64,000 nt of DNA, taken from a virus. Taxonomy: Duplodnaviria; Caudoviricetes. The stretch's first letter is position 1, and every line of letters starts with the position of its first letter. A program made the position numbers and the translations under genes. Below, in pieces: positions 1 to 9,127 of this stretch. The stretch is taken from positions 945-64,944 of the IMG/VR virus record IMGVR_UViG_3300035704_000008, one strand, 5' to 3'. Under the pieces are notes generated by a model, which was not told the origin of the DNA, did not search any database, and saw only the letters and a program-made list of their open reading frames with translations.

Positions 1-732
1 CGCCGCGGGCACCGAGATCAGGAACCGGGTGCAGTTGTTCGTCGCGGTGCCGCCGGCCGGGACGGTCGCGGTGATCTTCGCGGCGTTGAGCTGCGGGATC
101 CCGTCGGAGCCCTTGAAGTCCGTGCACGCGGCGAGGGACAGGCCCGCCTGCCCGGTGGTGAACGACTGGACCGCGTTGGCGGTCCCCGCGGTCGAGTCGA
201 ACGAGACGAGCTGGCCGGAGCCGGTGCCGTCTTCCATCGGCCAGTAGGCGCGGGGCTGGCTGGTCCCGGTCAGGGTGATCGAGTTGTACCGGGTGAACGC
301 GGAGCCGAGGGTGGTGGCCAGCTGCGACATGCGCCGCCATATGCCGCTCGCGGTGATGTCACAGTGGACCTCACGCCCGGACGCGTCCCACTGCGGCGGC
401 CACTCGCTGACTTCGCCGAAAAAGCGGAACCCGGAGTAGGCCACGGACGTCACCGACGTCGCGTTCACCGAGACGCGGATCTGTACATTTCTGGTGATAT
501 ACGGGAAGTAGGCGCCGGCGGCGAGTTTGGGGGTGAACCGGCCGTCATTGCGCAAGCTCAGCGTCAGGGTGGCGGCCTGCAGCGTGGAGGTCCAGTCCGC
601 CCGGCCCATCCCGGTGATCTGCACATCGTTCCGCATCAGCACATATGGCGTGATGTCGGTCCACACACTGTTCAGCAGAAGCTCGACCTTGACGCCGAGC
701 GAGTTAGAGCCGGCCCCGGGGAACGTGGCCAC
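1..732 (-). CDS. Minor tail protein (3'-truncated by window edge)
   Basis: Not in ORF track. GTG at 732 after AGGAGG; reads MATFPGAGSNSLGVKVELLLNSVWTDITPYV...RFFGEVSEWPPQWD...PRAYWPMEDG, typical of actinophage post-tape-measure tail proteins. Confidence 0.8.
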   Translation of the reverse strand, partial: MATFPGAGSNSLGVKVELLLNSVWTDITPYVLMRNDVQITGMGRADWTSTLQAATLTLSLRNDGRFTPKLAAGAYFPYITRNVQIRVSVNATSVTSVAYSGFRFFGEVSEWPPQWDASGREVHCDITASGIWRRMSQLATTLGSAFTRYNSITLTGTSQPRAYWPMEDGTGSGQLVSFDSTAGTANAVQSFTTGQAGLSLAACTDFKGSDGIPQLNAAKITATVPAGGTATNNCTRFLISVPAA

Positions 733-783
733 TTAGTGCGCCACCTCCTCAGCAACGGTTTCTGGGGTTGTACCATTGAGGAC

Positions 784-1350
784 ATGAGGCAGATGCGGGG
801 ATCCGTCCAGGCGGGCCAGCGATTCGGCCGCCTGGTGGTTATCGACCCAGACCATTTCGCGCCGCCGAACCCGTCGCAGATAGCGCGCGGAGCCAAAAAG
901 GGTCATCGTAAGCCTCTGTGTCGCTGCGATTGCGGTACGGAGCTTCAGGTAAAACAAGCCCTGCTGCGCACGGGAGATACGACCTCGTGCGGCTGCCGGC
1001 GGCGTGAGGTGGCGAGCGCGCGGGCGAGCGCCCGGAACTACAAGCACGGCCTGAAACAGCACCTCCTGTTCGGGACGTGGTACCAGATGATCCGCCGGTG
1101 CGAGAATCCCCGGTTCAAGCAGTGGAAGGACTACGGCGGACGCGGCATTAGCGTGTGCGAGCGATGGCATGACGTGCGGCTGTTCATCACGGACATCGAA
1201 CGGGATCTCGGCCCGCGCCCGGACGGCTGCACACTAGACCGGATCGACGTGAACGGGAACTACGAGCCGGGCAAGGTGCGCTGGGCAACCTGGAAGCAGC
1301 AGGCGGCCAATCGGCGCACAAGCATGAACATCTCGAGAGGGACAACCTGA
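784..1350 (+). CDS. Free-standing HNH homing endonuclease
   Basis: GQRFGRLVV, CRCDCG, SCGC, YGGRGISVCERW and TLDRIDVNGNYEPGKVRWAT motifs; likely start ATG 784. Confidence 0.85.
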   Translation: MRQMRGSVQAGQRFGRLVVIDPDHFAPPNPSQIARGAKKGHRKPLCRCDCGTELQVKQALLRTGDTTSCGCRRREVASARASARNYKHGLKQHLLFGTWYQMIRRCENPRFKQWKDYGGRGISVCERWHDVRLFITDIERDLGPRPDGCTLDRIDVNGNYEPGKVRWATWKQQAANRRTSMNISRGTT

Positions 1351-1535
1351 TGGCCAAGCCCTGGATCGTCCGCCACCGGGACGGGTGGTGTGCCCTGCCT
1401 CCCGGCGACGAACTTGACCCGGACGCCTGCAACGACCCGACGCTATGCGGCTATGTGGTCACGATGCGCGGGGGCAGTAAGCGCGGTATCCCCGACTGCC
1501 CGGAGTGCGTGGCCCGGTTGAACCAATCCGCTTAA
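1350..1535 (+). CDS. Small Cys-rich hypothetical protein
   Basis: Start overlaps the HNH stop; TLCG...DCPEC. Confidence 0.6.
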   Translation: MAKPWIVRHRDGWCALPPGDELDPDACNDPTLCGYVVTMRGGSKRGIPDCPECVARLNQSA

Positions 1536-1546
1536 TACCCTGCAGG

Positions 1547-4500
1547 TCACCGCGACCCGAACGCTGTCTGCACGTTGCCGCCGCCCTTGACCTTCACGTT
1601 CTTCTTCATCCAGGCGAGCATGAACGCGTCGAAGGCGCTCCCGGAGGAGGCCACCTCGAACCGGATGGTCGCGGCGCCGCCCTGGGCGGGCACGAGGTGC
1701 TCGGGCCGGCCGGTGCCGTTCCACACCGGGTTGAACCCGGGCCGCAGCGTGCCGCCCCGGTCGAATACCATCCCGCCGCGGGCAGCACCCGTGAACGGGC
1801 CGAGCGCCGACGCCAGGACCGTGCCCAGGTTGTTGGCGACGTCGCCGCCGTAGGTGTGGGTCGCCTGCACGCCCGTGGCCGGGGGCGCAGGCTTCACCGG
1901 CGGCTTGTGGGCGGCCAGGTACGCGTTGGAGTAGCCGAGCATCTTGCTGATCGCGGTGACGGTGGCCTTGTCGCGGCCCAGCTGCGCCTTCCAGTCTTTG
2001 ACCGGCCCGGCGAGGGACTTGAGGTTCCCCGCCGCGCGGATCTCCTTGTCGAGGCCGAGCTCGTTCAGGCCGAGCTGGGTGCGCCAGGCCCGTTCGGTGG
2101 TCAGCTCCTTGCCGTACGTGGCCAGCAGCCGGGACTCGCTCGCCGCCGTGTTCGCCCAGAACCGGTGCTGCCCGGCGGACAGGCCGCCCGCCCTGGATAG
2201 TGTCCGGGCCCGGCCGGCTGCGGCGGACATCGCGGCGATCTGCTGGTTCAGGACCGTCGGCCCGATGGCCAGCCCGTACGGGCCGCCGTGCCGGGACTGC
2301 CACGCCTTGAGGTAGGCGGCGCCCTGCCCGGCGACCCCGCCGGACGCGTACCCGGGGACCAGGCCGCCGAGCGCGTAGCCGTGGCCGGAGCCGATGCCGC
2401 CGTACTGGTTGCCCAGCTGCGGCCCGTACACGTGCCGGGCGTAGTTGATCGCCGCGGCGATGTTCGCCAGCGGATCATAGATGTTGCTGCTGGTGCCGGG
2501 CCAGTGGTAGGCGCGGAACGTGGACCCGATGACCTGCATGAGGCCGCGGGACGGGTCGCCGCGCTGCGCGTTGATGTCGGTCAGGTTGATCGCGTTCGGG
2601 TTGCCGCCGGACTCGGTCTGCATCTGGTACAGGACCCGGGAGTCGAACGCGGTGGACAGCCCCTCCATGCGGAGCGCCTGGTCGACGGTTCCTTTCCACC
2701 GGGCCACCCCGGAGCCGACATTGGGGACCTTCGAGGAAGTGATCGCGGCGGCCTTGGCCTTAGCCGCGGCGGCCACTGCCTTCTTCAGGTTCGCGAACTC
2801 GGCGCGCAGCAGGGCGGCTTCCGCGGCCTGGCCGAAGTTGTATTCGGCGTTCGCGGCGAACGGGGTCAGCCCGGCGATGCCGCCGCCCGCGAACCCGGGG
2901 ATCCGGCCGCGGAGGTTGTCGGCGGCACCCGCCTTCACCATGTGCGCGGGCACGACCAGCTCGCCCCGGCTGAGCATGGCGGGCACGTCGTCAGCAGTGG
3001 GGCCAGTGCCCTGCCTGATAATGCCGCCGCTGGCCAGGGACTTCAGCGAGAAGCCGCCCGAGCTGATGGAGGCGGCGACCTTCTGGGTGAACGTCATCCC
3101 GCCGGACCCGGACGCGTGCACGCCGACGTTGACGGTCTTGCCGTGCATCGCGTTGATCGACCGCTGCAGCCCCTGGATGCCGCCGGAGACCCGGCCGACC
3201 TCGCCGAGCAGCGGGGACAGGTTCTGGGTGCGGACCGCATCCGACTTCGCCCCGGCCGCCCGCAGTGCGCTCAGCATGGTGCCCTGGATGGTGCCGGCCA
3301 GCCCCTGGATGCCGCCGGAGACCCGGCCGACCTCTCCCTGCAGCGGGACCAGGTTCTTCGTGCGCAGGGCGTCGGCGGAATCCCCCGCATGACCGAACGC
3401 GACGGCGGCCGCGTGCCCGATGCTGGAGAAGAACCCGCCGACACTGCTAGCGAAACCCTGAGCCCACAGTTTCGCGCCGGACCCGACGTTGTTCAGCGCG
3501 CCGCCGACCGGCTGGCCGATCTTCGTGGTGAGCCAGGCTTCCAGGCCGCCGAACGTGAACGAGTGCAGCAGCGACGTCGACCACAGGTGCCCGTCGGCCT
3601 GGAACTGCGCGTTGAGCCGCCCGGCGAACGTCCCGGCCGGGGACAGCGTGTCCCCGACCCCGCGGATAAGAGCCCCGACGATGACGCCGGCCGCAGCCGG
3701 GCCGAGCGCGGCCCGGAACGCGGCGAGGAAACCGCCGCCCGCAGCCTTGCCGGCCACGGCACCGGACCCGGCCGCCCCGGCCAGCCCGCCGCCCCCGGCC
3801 GCGACGCCTCCGCCGGCCATCGCCGCGCGGATCTCCGCCGCCGCCGCAGCGCCGCCGGACGCGAACGCCGCCCGGATCTCCGCCCCCACGGCGGCACCGC
3901 CGCCGATGTTGATCACGCCGCCCGACAGCCACTTCAGCGCCGGGCCCGCGATCTTGATGCCGACCTTCAGGACACCCGTCTTCTGCAGCAGCAGAAGCGC
4001 CCCCGCCACCTCGGTCAGCGGCTTCGCGACGGCCTTCGGGGTCCGCGCCAGGAAACCCAGGAAATCAGTGACCAGCCGCAGCTCGAGGGTGCCCGCGCCC
4101 GACAGTCCCGGCGCGAACGCCGCCAGGACACCGCCGAGGTTCTTCAGCAGATCCTTGGTGACCGGCCCGTTGGCGCGGATCCAGTCCAGGAACACGGTCA
4201 CGTCATGCCGGGCCGCCGCCGACTGGGACCAGCGCAGGAACGCGCCGCCCCACTGGTCCAGGTACACGCTGAACGCGCCGAAATCCACGTTATGCCCGGC
4301 CAGGTCACGGCCGAGATTGAGAACAGCCTTCCCGATATCGGTGAAGAACACCCCGAGAGCGCTGAGCTGATCCGCGGAGAACGCGCCGAACGCCACGGCG
4401 AGGCGCCGTATCTCCGCGGATCCCGCGCTGGAGGAGAAGTACCGGCTGACGGCCTCGCCCCAGGACTTGAACTGGTCCGCGACGGGCTGGACCAGCGGCC

Positions 4501-5308
4501 GGATGAACGCTATCCCCTTGCTGACCGCACTCAGCCACGGCACCAGCACCGGCGATGCGATCTGGGCGCTGACCACCTTCCACTTGGTGCCGATCTCCTT
4601 GGACAGGTCCAGGACGTGGTTGTACGCCGCGCCTTCGGACCGGATGGCCGCGATGGTGTCCTGGGCCGCCGCGATCTGGTTGTCCGCTGAGGTCCGCTGG
4701 GCCTTGGTGGTGGCCTGCGAGCGTGCGATCTGCGCGGCCGCGAGCTGCTTCTGCGCCGTCTGGAGCTTCTGGTTGTCCTTGGAGACGTTGGAGAAGACTG
4801 ACCTGGCCAGCGCGCCGAACAGGCCGGCGCCGACGGCTGCGGCGCCGAACGAGACGCCGATCGCGCCGACTCCGGCGGCGATCCCTCCTGTCAGCGGGAT
4901 CAGCGCGGGGGTCAGCGCCGCCAGGGTGCCCTTCAGCGACGGGCCGCCGGCTTTCTCGGCTATCTTGCCGAACGAGTCGGCCAGGGTCCTGTTCGCCGCC
5001 GCTGCTTCCAGCGCGTTCCGGGCGTCGTCCTGCATCGCGTCGTCGAGGCGGCGGATCGCGGCGTCCGCGGCGACCGCTTTCGCCGTTACCCGGTCCTCCG
5101 CGTCGCCGGTCAGCCGCAGGGCCTTCGCCAGCGTCGCCGATTCGGCGGCGGTGCGGTCCTCTTTCTTCCCCAGCGTGTCGATGGCGTCCGCGAGAACCTT
5201 CGCGCCCCGCGCGGCCAGGGCCGTGTTGTCCCCGACTTTGCGGATGTCGCCCTGGAGCTGCCCGGCGCCCCGGGACAGGAAGTCGAAGGTGATCGACTGG
5301 CCGGCCAC
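1547..5308 (-). CDS. Tape measure protein with lytic transglycosylase (SLT) domain
   Basis: 1253 aa, Ala/Gly-rich; ESGGNPNAIN...SRGLMQVI...NIYDPLANIAAAINY; lies after the tail chaperones. Confidence 0.92.
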   Translation of the reverse strand: MAGQSITFDFLSRGAGQLQGDIRKVGDNTALAARGAKVLADAIDTLGKKEDRTAAESATLAKALRLTGDAEDRVTAKAVAADAAIRRLDDAMQDDARNALEAAAANRTLADSFGKIAEKAGGPSLKGTLAALTPALIPLTGGIAAGVGAIGVSFGAAAVGAGLFGALARSVFSNVSKDNQKLQTAQKQLAAAQIARSQATTKAQRTSADNQIAAAQDTIAAIRSEGAAYNHVLDLSKEIGTKWKVVSAQIASPVLVPWLSAVSKGIAFIRPLVQPVADQFKSWGEAVSRYFSSSAGSAEIRRLAVAFGAFSADQLSALGVFFTDIGKAVLNLGRDLAGHNVDFGAFSVYLDQWGGAFLRWSQSAAARHDVTVFLDWIRANGPVTKDLLKNLGGVLAAFAPGLSGAGTLELRLVTDFLGFLARTPKAVAKPLTEVAGALLLLQKTGVLKVGIKIAGPALKWLSGGVINIGGGAAVGAEIRAAFASGGAAAAAEIRAAMAGGGVAAGGGGLAGAAGSGAVAGKAAGGGFLAAFRAALGPAAAGVIVGALIRGVGDTLSPAGTFAGRLNAQFQADGHLWSTSLLHSFTFGGLEAWLTTKIGQPVGGALNNVGSGAKLWAQGFASSVGGFFSSIGHAAAVAFGHAGDSADALRTKNLVPLQGEVGRVSGGIQGLAGTIQGTMLSALRAAGAKSDAVRTQNLSPLLGEVGRVSGGIQGLQRSINAMHGKTVNVGVHASGSGGMTFTQKVAASISSGGFSLKSLASGGIIRQGTGPTADDVPAMLSRGELVVPAHMVKAGAADNLRGRIPGFAGGGIAGLTPFAANAEYNFGQAAEAALLRAEFANLKKAVAAAAKAKAAAITSSKVPNVGSGVARWKGTVDQALRMEGLSTAFDSRVLYQMQTESGGNPNAINLTDINAQRGDPSRGLMQVIGSTFRAYHWPGTSSNIYDPLANIAAAINYARHVYGPQLGNQYGGIGSGHGYALGGLVPGYASGGVAGQGAAYLKAWQSRHGGPYGLAIGPTVLNQQIAAMSAAAGRARTLSRAGGLSAGQHRFWANTAASESRLLATYGKELTTERAWRTQLGLNELGLDKEIRAAGNLKSLAGPVKDWKAQLGRDKATVTAISKMLGYSNAYLAAHKPPVKPAPPATGVQATHTYGGDVANNLGTVLASALGPFTGAARGGMVFDRGGTLRPGFNPVWNGTGRPEHLVPAQGGAATIRFEVASSGSAFDAFMLAWMKKNVKVKGGGNVQTAFGSR

Positions 5309-5388
5309 AGGTCACCCGCCTTCCGTCCGCTTGCGTTCCTGGTACCAACCTGGTACCGTCTGGGTATCACTTAGAGAAGGAGCGCGAC

Positions 5389-5637
5389 ATGAATCCGGTG
5401 ATAATCCACGCGGACGGCACCGACTGTCGCCACGAAGGCAACCCGCAGGCGACCATGCGCGATGATGGCGGCCCGCTCTGCCCGGCCGGCCAGCCGGTGA
5501 CGCACATCCGGCTCAACGGCCATGTGCTCACCATCGAGCAGGCGGGCGCGGCATTCAGGCAAATGACCGATGCCTTCGCTAAGGCCGTCAAGCCGCTACG
5601 CGCTTTCTTTAGCGGGCTAGGCCAGGGTGCCCGGTGA
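5389..5637 (+). CDS. Hypothetical protein (antisense moron)
   Basis: AAGGAG RBS; first of three coupled ORFs. Confidence 0.6.
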   Translation: MNPVIIHADGTDCRHEGNPQATMRDDGGPLCPAGQPVTHIRLNGHVLTIEQAGAAFRQMTDAFAKAVKPLRAFFSGLGQGAR

Positions 5638-5771
5638 CCTACACGACCAACATCCGCCTCGACGACGACCTCGCCGAAGCCGTCAAAACCTACGCCAAGG
5701 CTAGCGGCGGCATCAGCATCGCCGACGCCATCCGCCTCCTGATCACCAAGGGACTGACACAGAAGCCATGA
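5634..5771 (+). CDS. Ribbon-helix-helix (Arc/CopG-like) DNA-binding protein
   Basis: Not in track; MTYTTNIRLDDDLAEAVKTYAKASGGISIADAIRLLITKGL; GTGA and ATGA overlaps with neighbours. Confidence 0.7.
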   Translation: MTYTTNIRLDDDLAEAVKTYAKASGGISIADAIRLLITKGLTQKP

Positions 5772-5953
5772 CCGCAATCGTGATCGTGTACCTGCTCGCA
5801 TGGGTGCCCCTCGTCTTCGCCGGGCGCAGGCTCGGGAGGCGCCGGGGCAATCCCGACGCGGGGTTCTGGCTGCCCGCCCTGCTCGGCGCGCTCGGCTTCG
5901 CGATGTTCACCGCGATCACCGTCGCCGACGGCGCGGCCCCGCGCAGGGGCTAA
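5768..5953 (+). CDS. Small two-TM membrane protein
   Basis: Two hydrophobic stretches separated by RRLGRRRG. Confidence 0.6.
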   Translation: MTAIVIVYLLAWVPLVFAGRRLGRRRGNPDAGFWLPALLGALGFAMFTAITVADGAAPRRG

Positions 5954-5987
5954 CGGCCGTCGCTCATCATCTCCTCGGCCGCGTCGA

Positions 5988-6431
5988 TCAGCGCTTCGAA
6001 GTCCGCGATTTCGAGGAGGGGGATTTCCCACGGGCGGATGTGGAATTCGCGGGTGAAGATGACGATATACCGGTGCCGGTCGTATGTGTGCCATCCGGGT
6101 CCGGGCTGCCGGCGGGGATCGTAGGGCCCGCGCTGCCCTCCTCGCCCGCGGCCTGGACGGCGGCAGCGGCGGATTCCAGCACCGACTGGATCATCTCGTG
6201 CAGGTCCAGCGGCACCGTGTCATCCAGGATGCCGGCCAGGTCGACGTCGCGGCCCGCCTGCCGCCAGATGAGCCACGCCAGCGTGCACATCGCCTTCGCG
6301 CCGCCGGAGGAGAGGTCGTCCTGCCATTCGACGTACCGGCGGCCGTAGGCTTCCTCGATGACGAGGGCCTCGGAGACCTTCGGCTTGGTTCCGTCGTACT
6401 CGAATACCTCGCCGTTCAGGGTTATCTTCAC
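5988..6431 (-). CDS. Tail assembly chaperone G (frameshifted GT form ends at 5950)
   Basis: Lies before the tape measure; -1 frame open from heptamer G GGC CCT (6123-6129) giving ...FHIRPWEIPLLEIADFEALIDAAEEMMSDGR*. Confidence 0.8.
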   Translation of the reverse strand: MKITLNGEVFEYDGTKPKVSEALVIEEAYGRRYVEWQDDLSSGGAKAMCTLAWLIWRQAGRDVDLAGILDDTVPLDLHEMIQSVLESAAAAVQAAGEEGSAGPTIPAGSPDPDGTHTTGTGISSSSPANSTSARGKSPSSKSRTSKR

Positions 6432-6896
6432 CTAGGCTCCTTCTGCTTTCGCGGCGACGTCGCGCAGTGCCTGCTCGATCCCCGCGCGGACCCGCGGCCC
6501 GGCCGCCTCGGCGGGGCCGGTGAAGAACCCGGGCTGCACCGACGGCTCCTCCTGCGTGTACCAGTGCTCACGCGACCCGAACAGGGGGTGGGTGAGCCGG
6601 CCCGCGTCCAGGTTGCGGAGCTTGCGGCCCCCGGCCCGGGACTGCCCGGTGATGGCCACGCCCGGGTCGCGTTCGTTCGTGCGGACGTTGACGCCGAGCC
6701 GCAGGTCCGCGTCGAGGGCCGCCGCGTACCGGTCCGGCAGGTCCGGCCGGAGCCCGGCCCGGATCTCGTCCTGCACCGGGACGACGGCGTCGCGCATCGC
6801 CTTGGTGACCTCCCGGAGCAGGTCGCCGTCACCCGCGCGGCGCAGCCGGAACGCGAGCGCCTCCAGCTCCGCCGCGGCGTCAGCGAGCCCGGCCAT
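6432..6896 (-). CDS. Tail completion / HK97 gp10-like neck protein
   Basis: Position; LTHPLFGSREHWYTQ...PGFFT motif; ATG overlaps the tube gene stop. Confidence 0.6.
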   Translation of the reverse strand: MAGLADAAAELEALAFRLRRAGDGDLLREVTKAMRDAVVPVQDEIRAGLRPDLPDRYAAALDADLRLGVNVRTNERDPGVAITGQSRAGGRKLRNLDAGRLTHPLFGSREHWYTQEEPSVQPGFFTGPAEAAGPRVRAGIEQALRDVAAKAEGA

Positions 6897-7321
6897 CAGG
6901 TGTTCAGGCCGCCGGTGACCGGGTTGTACCGCTGGATCTTGCTGGCCGCGTTCCACGTGGTCTTCGTGTTGACCGGGCCGCCGACAGCCCCGTCCATCTC
7001 GAAGTCCGGGAGCACCGTGCCGAAGAAGTAGACGAGAGGGTCCGAACTAATGTTCGGGTAGAGGTACATGTTGCGGGGCAGCCCGTCGGTCGCCGCGAGG
7101 TACGTCTGACCTGTGGCGTCGTCCCAGAACCCGCTAAAGTCCCCACTTGAGTCGGGCAGCCCGGCGACGTAGATCTTGTTCGAGTCGCCGAACGCGGTGA
7201 CGTCCTGCTTGTCGACGGTCATGCTCATCGTCCACGACGCCTGGAACGTGACGGGCGACGCGGCGGCGCCGTTGGTCACGCCCAGGTACACCGAGCCGTT
7301 GCGCCCATGGGATCGAGCCAT
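6896..7321 (-). CDS. Major tail tube protein (paralogue 1)
   Basis: MARSHGRNGSVYL...DVTAFGDSNKIYVAGLPDSSGDFSGFWDD, compact tube-like sequence. Confidence 0.8.
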   Translation of the reverse strand: MARSHGRNGSVYLGVTNGAAASPVTFQASWTMSMTVDKQDVTAFGDSNKIYVAGLPDSSGDFSGFWDDATGQTYLAATDGLPRNMYLYPNISSDPLVYFFGTVLPDFEMDGAVGGPVNTKTTWNAASKIQRYNPVTGGLNT

Positions 7322-7325
7322 CTCT

Positions 7326-8372
7326 TTACCCCTTGCTGATCATGCGCAGTAGCGCCGTGGCGTTGTTGGTGAAGGTGCGGCCCTTGATGGCTGCACGGGC
7401 CTTTGCTGCGGCGTCCTGCCGCTGTTCCGGGTGTGCGACGGCCCACCGGATCTGGTCCCCGGCTTCTTCCGGCGTGGCGTAGGCCGGGAGCATGGGAAAC
7501 AGCCCGTCGCCTTCGGGTCGCGGGTCCCTGGTGAACCAGGTGCCGCACGCGGCGAGCTCAACTTCGCGGGGGCCGACGGCCCAGCCTTCGCCTTCGTGCT
7601 CGTCTTCGGCTTCGCGGCGGTAGAAGTTGATGCCGGTCCGGGACTGCCGGTAGATCTCGGCGGTCTGCTGGTTGTCGACGCAGTTGTCGGGGTCGGTGGC
7701 GGTCCAGTCCCGCAGCGGCGAGTCTTCGGGGAGGTCGAGCCAGGGGCCGGCGAGGTGGACGTCGAGGCCGGCGAGGTCCATCTGCTCGAAGAACCGGACG
7801 CGGGAGGGGAACCCGGTGCCGATGAATGACAGGTCCCACTTCTTCCCGGCTGCCGGGTCGGCCGGGTAGTGGACGGTCTCCCTGTAGGCGTGGGGCATGT
7901 AGGCGGCGGGGACGCCGAGGGCCTGGTAGGCGGCGATGTTGACCGGGTCGTTGAGCAGGTTGACGTCGGCGTGGCCGGCCCGCTCGAGCTGCTCCCCGTC
8001 CTGGTAGGGCGATTCCGTGTGGAGCAGCACCACCTTCATGCCGCGGCCGCGCATCACGTCGAGCAGGTAGGGCGGGTACCAGAACGCGGAGACGAGCAGG
8101 ACCACGTCGGGCCAGCAGAGGAACGCGCCGCGGAGGATGTCGTGTGCGGCCATGGTGAGCGCCGTCTGACGGTCCCATGCTTTGCGCATCGCGTCCTGGC
8201 CGTTCTCGTCGGTGATCCCGGCCGGGACGTGGGCGGTCTCGAAAAAGCTGATCCGGTCGCCGAGGTTGAACGTGTAGACGTCCTCGCCGAGCCCGCGGAG
8301 CGCCTCGGTCCAGCCCTCGTACAGGTCGTGAACTGAGAAGTGAGGGCCAGGATGGCCGATCAGCCAGCGCAT
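7326..8372 (-). CDS. CgeB/YkvP-like (GT-B) glycosyltransferase
   Basis: DLSFIGTGFPSR, IYRQSRTGINF and GPREVELAACG motifs. Confidence 0.8.
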   Translation of the reverse strand: MRWLIGHPGPHFSVHDLYEGWTEALRGLGEDVYTFNLGDRISFFETAHVPAGITDENGQDAMRKAWDRQTALTMAAHDILRGAFLCWPDVVLLVSAFWYPPYLLDVMRGRGMKVVLLHTESPYQDGEQLERAGHADVNLLNDPVNIAAYQALGVPAAYMPHAYRETVHYPADPAAGKKWDLSFIGTGFPSRVRFFEQMDLAGLDVHLAGPWLDLPEDSPLRDWTATDPDNCVDNQQTAEIYRQSRTGINFYRREAEDEHEGEGWAVGPREVELAACGTWFTRDPRPEGDGLFPMLPAYATPEEAGDQIRWAVAHPEQRQDAAAKARAAIKGRTFTNNATALLRMISKG

Positions 8373-8385
8373 TACACTCCCCGGT

Positions 8386-8676
8386 ATGACGATGGATGAT
8401 GAGCGGATCCGGGACTACGTGGCCGGGCTGCCTGAAGTCAGCGGCACGTTCACCGGCACGTTCGACTCAGCTGAGGTGGACCTAGATGCCCTGCTCGGCC
8501 CGGTTCCTGACCTGATGCCCATCGAGGTCGATACCGGCGACCAGCCGAATCCGGCCGCAGGTTTCCTGACGGTGCTCACGTTCAAGATCGGCGAGGACGA
8601 GTGGACGCTGCCGGTTGACCATGTTGACCTGCTCGGCGGTAACCGGGCCCGGCTGTGGGTGCGCCGCCCTCAGTAG
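8386..8676 (+). CDS. Antisense protein carrying a tail-tube-like motif
   Basis: N-terminal YVAGLPEVSGTFTGTFD matches YVAGLPDASGTFTGFWD of the tube paralogue. Confidence 0.65.
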   Translation: MTMDDERIRDYVAGLPEVSGTFTGTFDSAEVDLDALLGPVPDLMPIEVDTGDQPNPAAGFLTVLTFKIGEDEWTLPVDHVDLLGGNRARLWVRRPQ

Positions 8677-9104
8677 GTTGCGGCGTAGGTTGCGGCGTAG
8701 ACGCTGCTAGGCCCGGTCCTGGTGACCGGCCCGGCGGCTGCCCAGTTCACGCTGATGGTCACCGCTGTGCCGGCGCCGCCGGTGACGGTCAGGTCGGGCA
8801 GTACCAGGCCGGAGATGTACTGGCTCATGTTCGCCGAGTCGGGGTAGAGGTACATCGACCTGGGGAGCCCGTCGGTGGCGGCGATGTAGGTCTGTGACGT
8901 CTGGTCGTCCCAGAAGCCGGTGAAGGTGCCGGATGCGTCGGGGAGTCCGGCGACGTAGACGCGCTGGGTGTCGGCGAGGGTGGTGATGTCGGTGACGTCG
9001 CGGGCCCAGCTGGCGGCCCAGGAGTTCAGGTAGGCGACCGGGCTGGCCGCGTCGCCGTTGTGGACGGACAGGTAGGCGAGGCCGTTGCGGCCGTGGAGTC
9101 GCAC
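8670..9104 (-). CDS. Tail tube protein paralogue 2
   Basis: Collinear similarity to 6896-7321 (HGRNG, YVAGLPD, ATDGLPRxMYLYP). Confidence 0.8.
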   Translation of the reverse strand: MRLHGRNGLAYLSVHNGDAASPVAYLNSWAASWARDVTDITTLADTQRVYVAGLPDASGTFTGFWDDQTSQTYIAATDGLPRSMYLYPDSANMSQYISGLVLPDLTVTGGAGTAVTISVNWAAAGPVTRTGPSSVYAATYAATY

Positions 9105-9127
9105 GCCTCACGCCCTTCTTGGCCAGG

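Noticed and set aside
3170-3350. Direct repeat in the tape measure gene (GEVGRVSGGIQGL twice)
   Set aside because: Ordinary internal tape-measure repeat. No reverse transcriptase is present, so it is not a DGR template/variable pair.
2288-5465. Long plus-strand ORFs opposite the tape measure gene (and similar ones opposite capsid, portal, FtsK, RecT and MTase)
   Set aside because: Shadow ORFs expected in high-GC DNA; no recognisable motifs.
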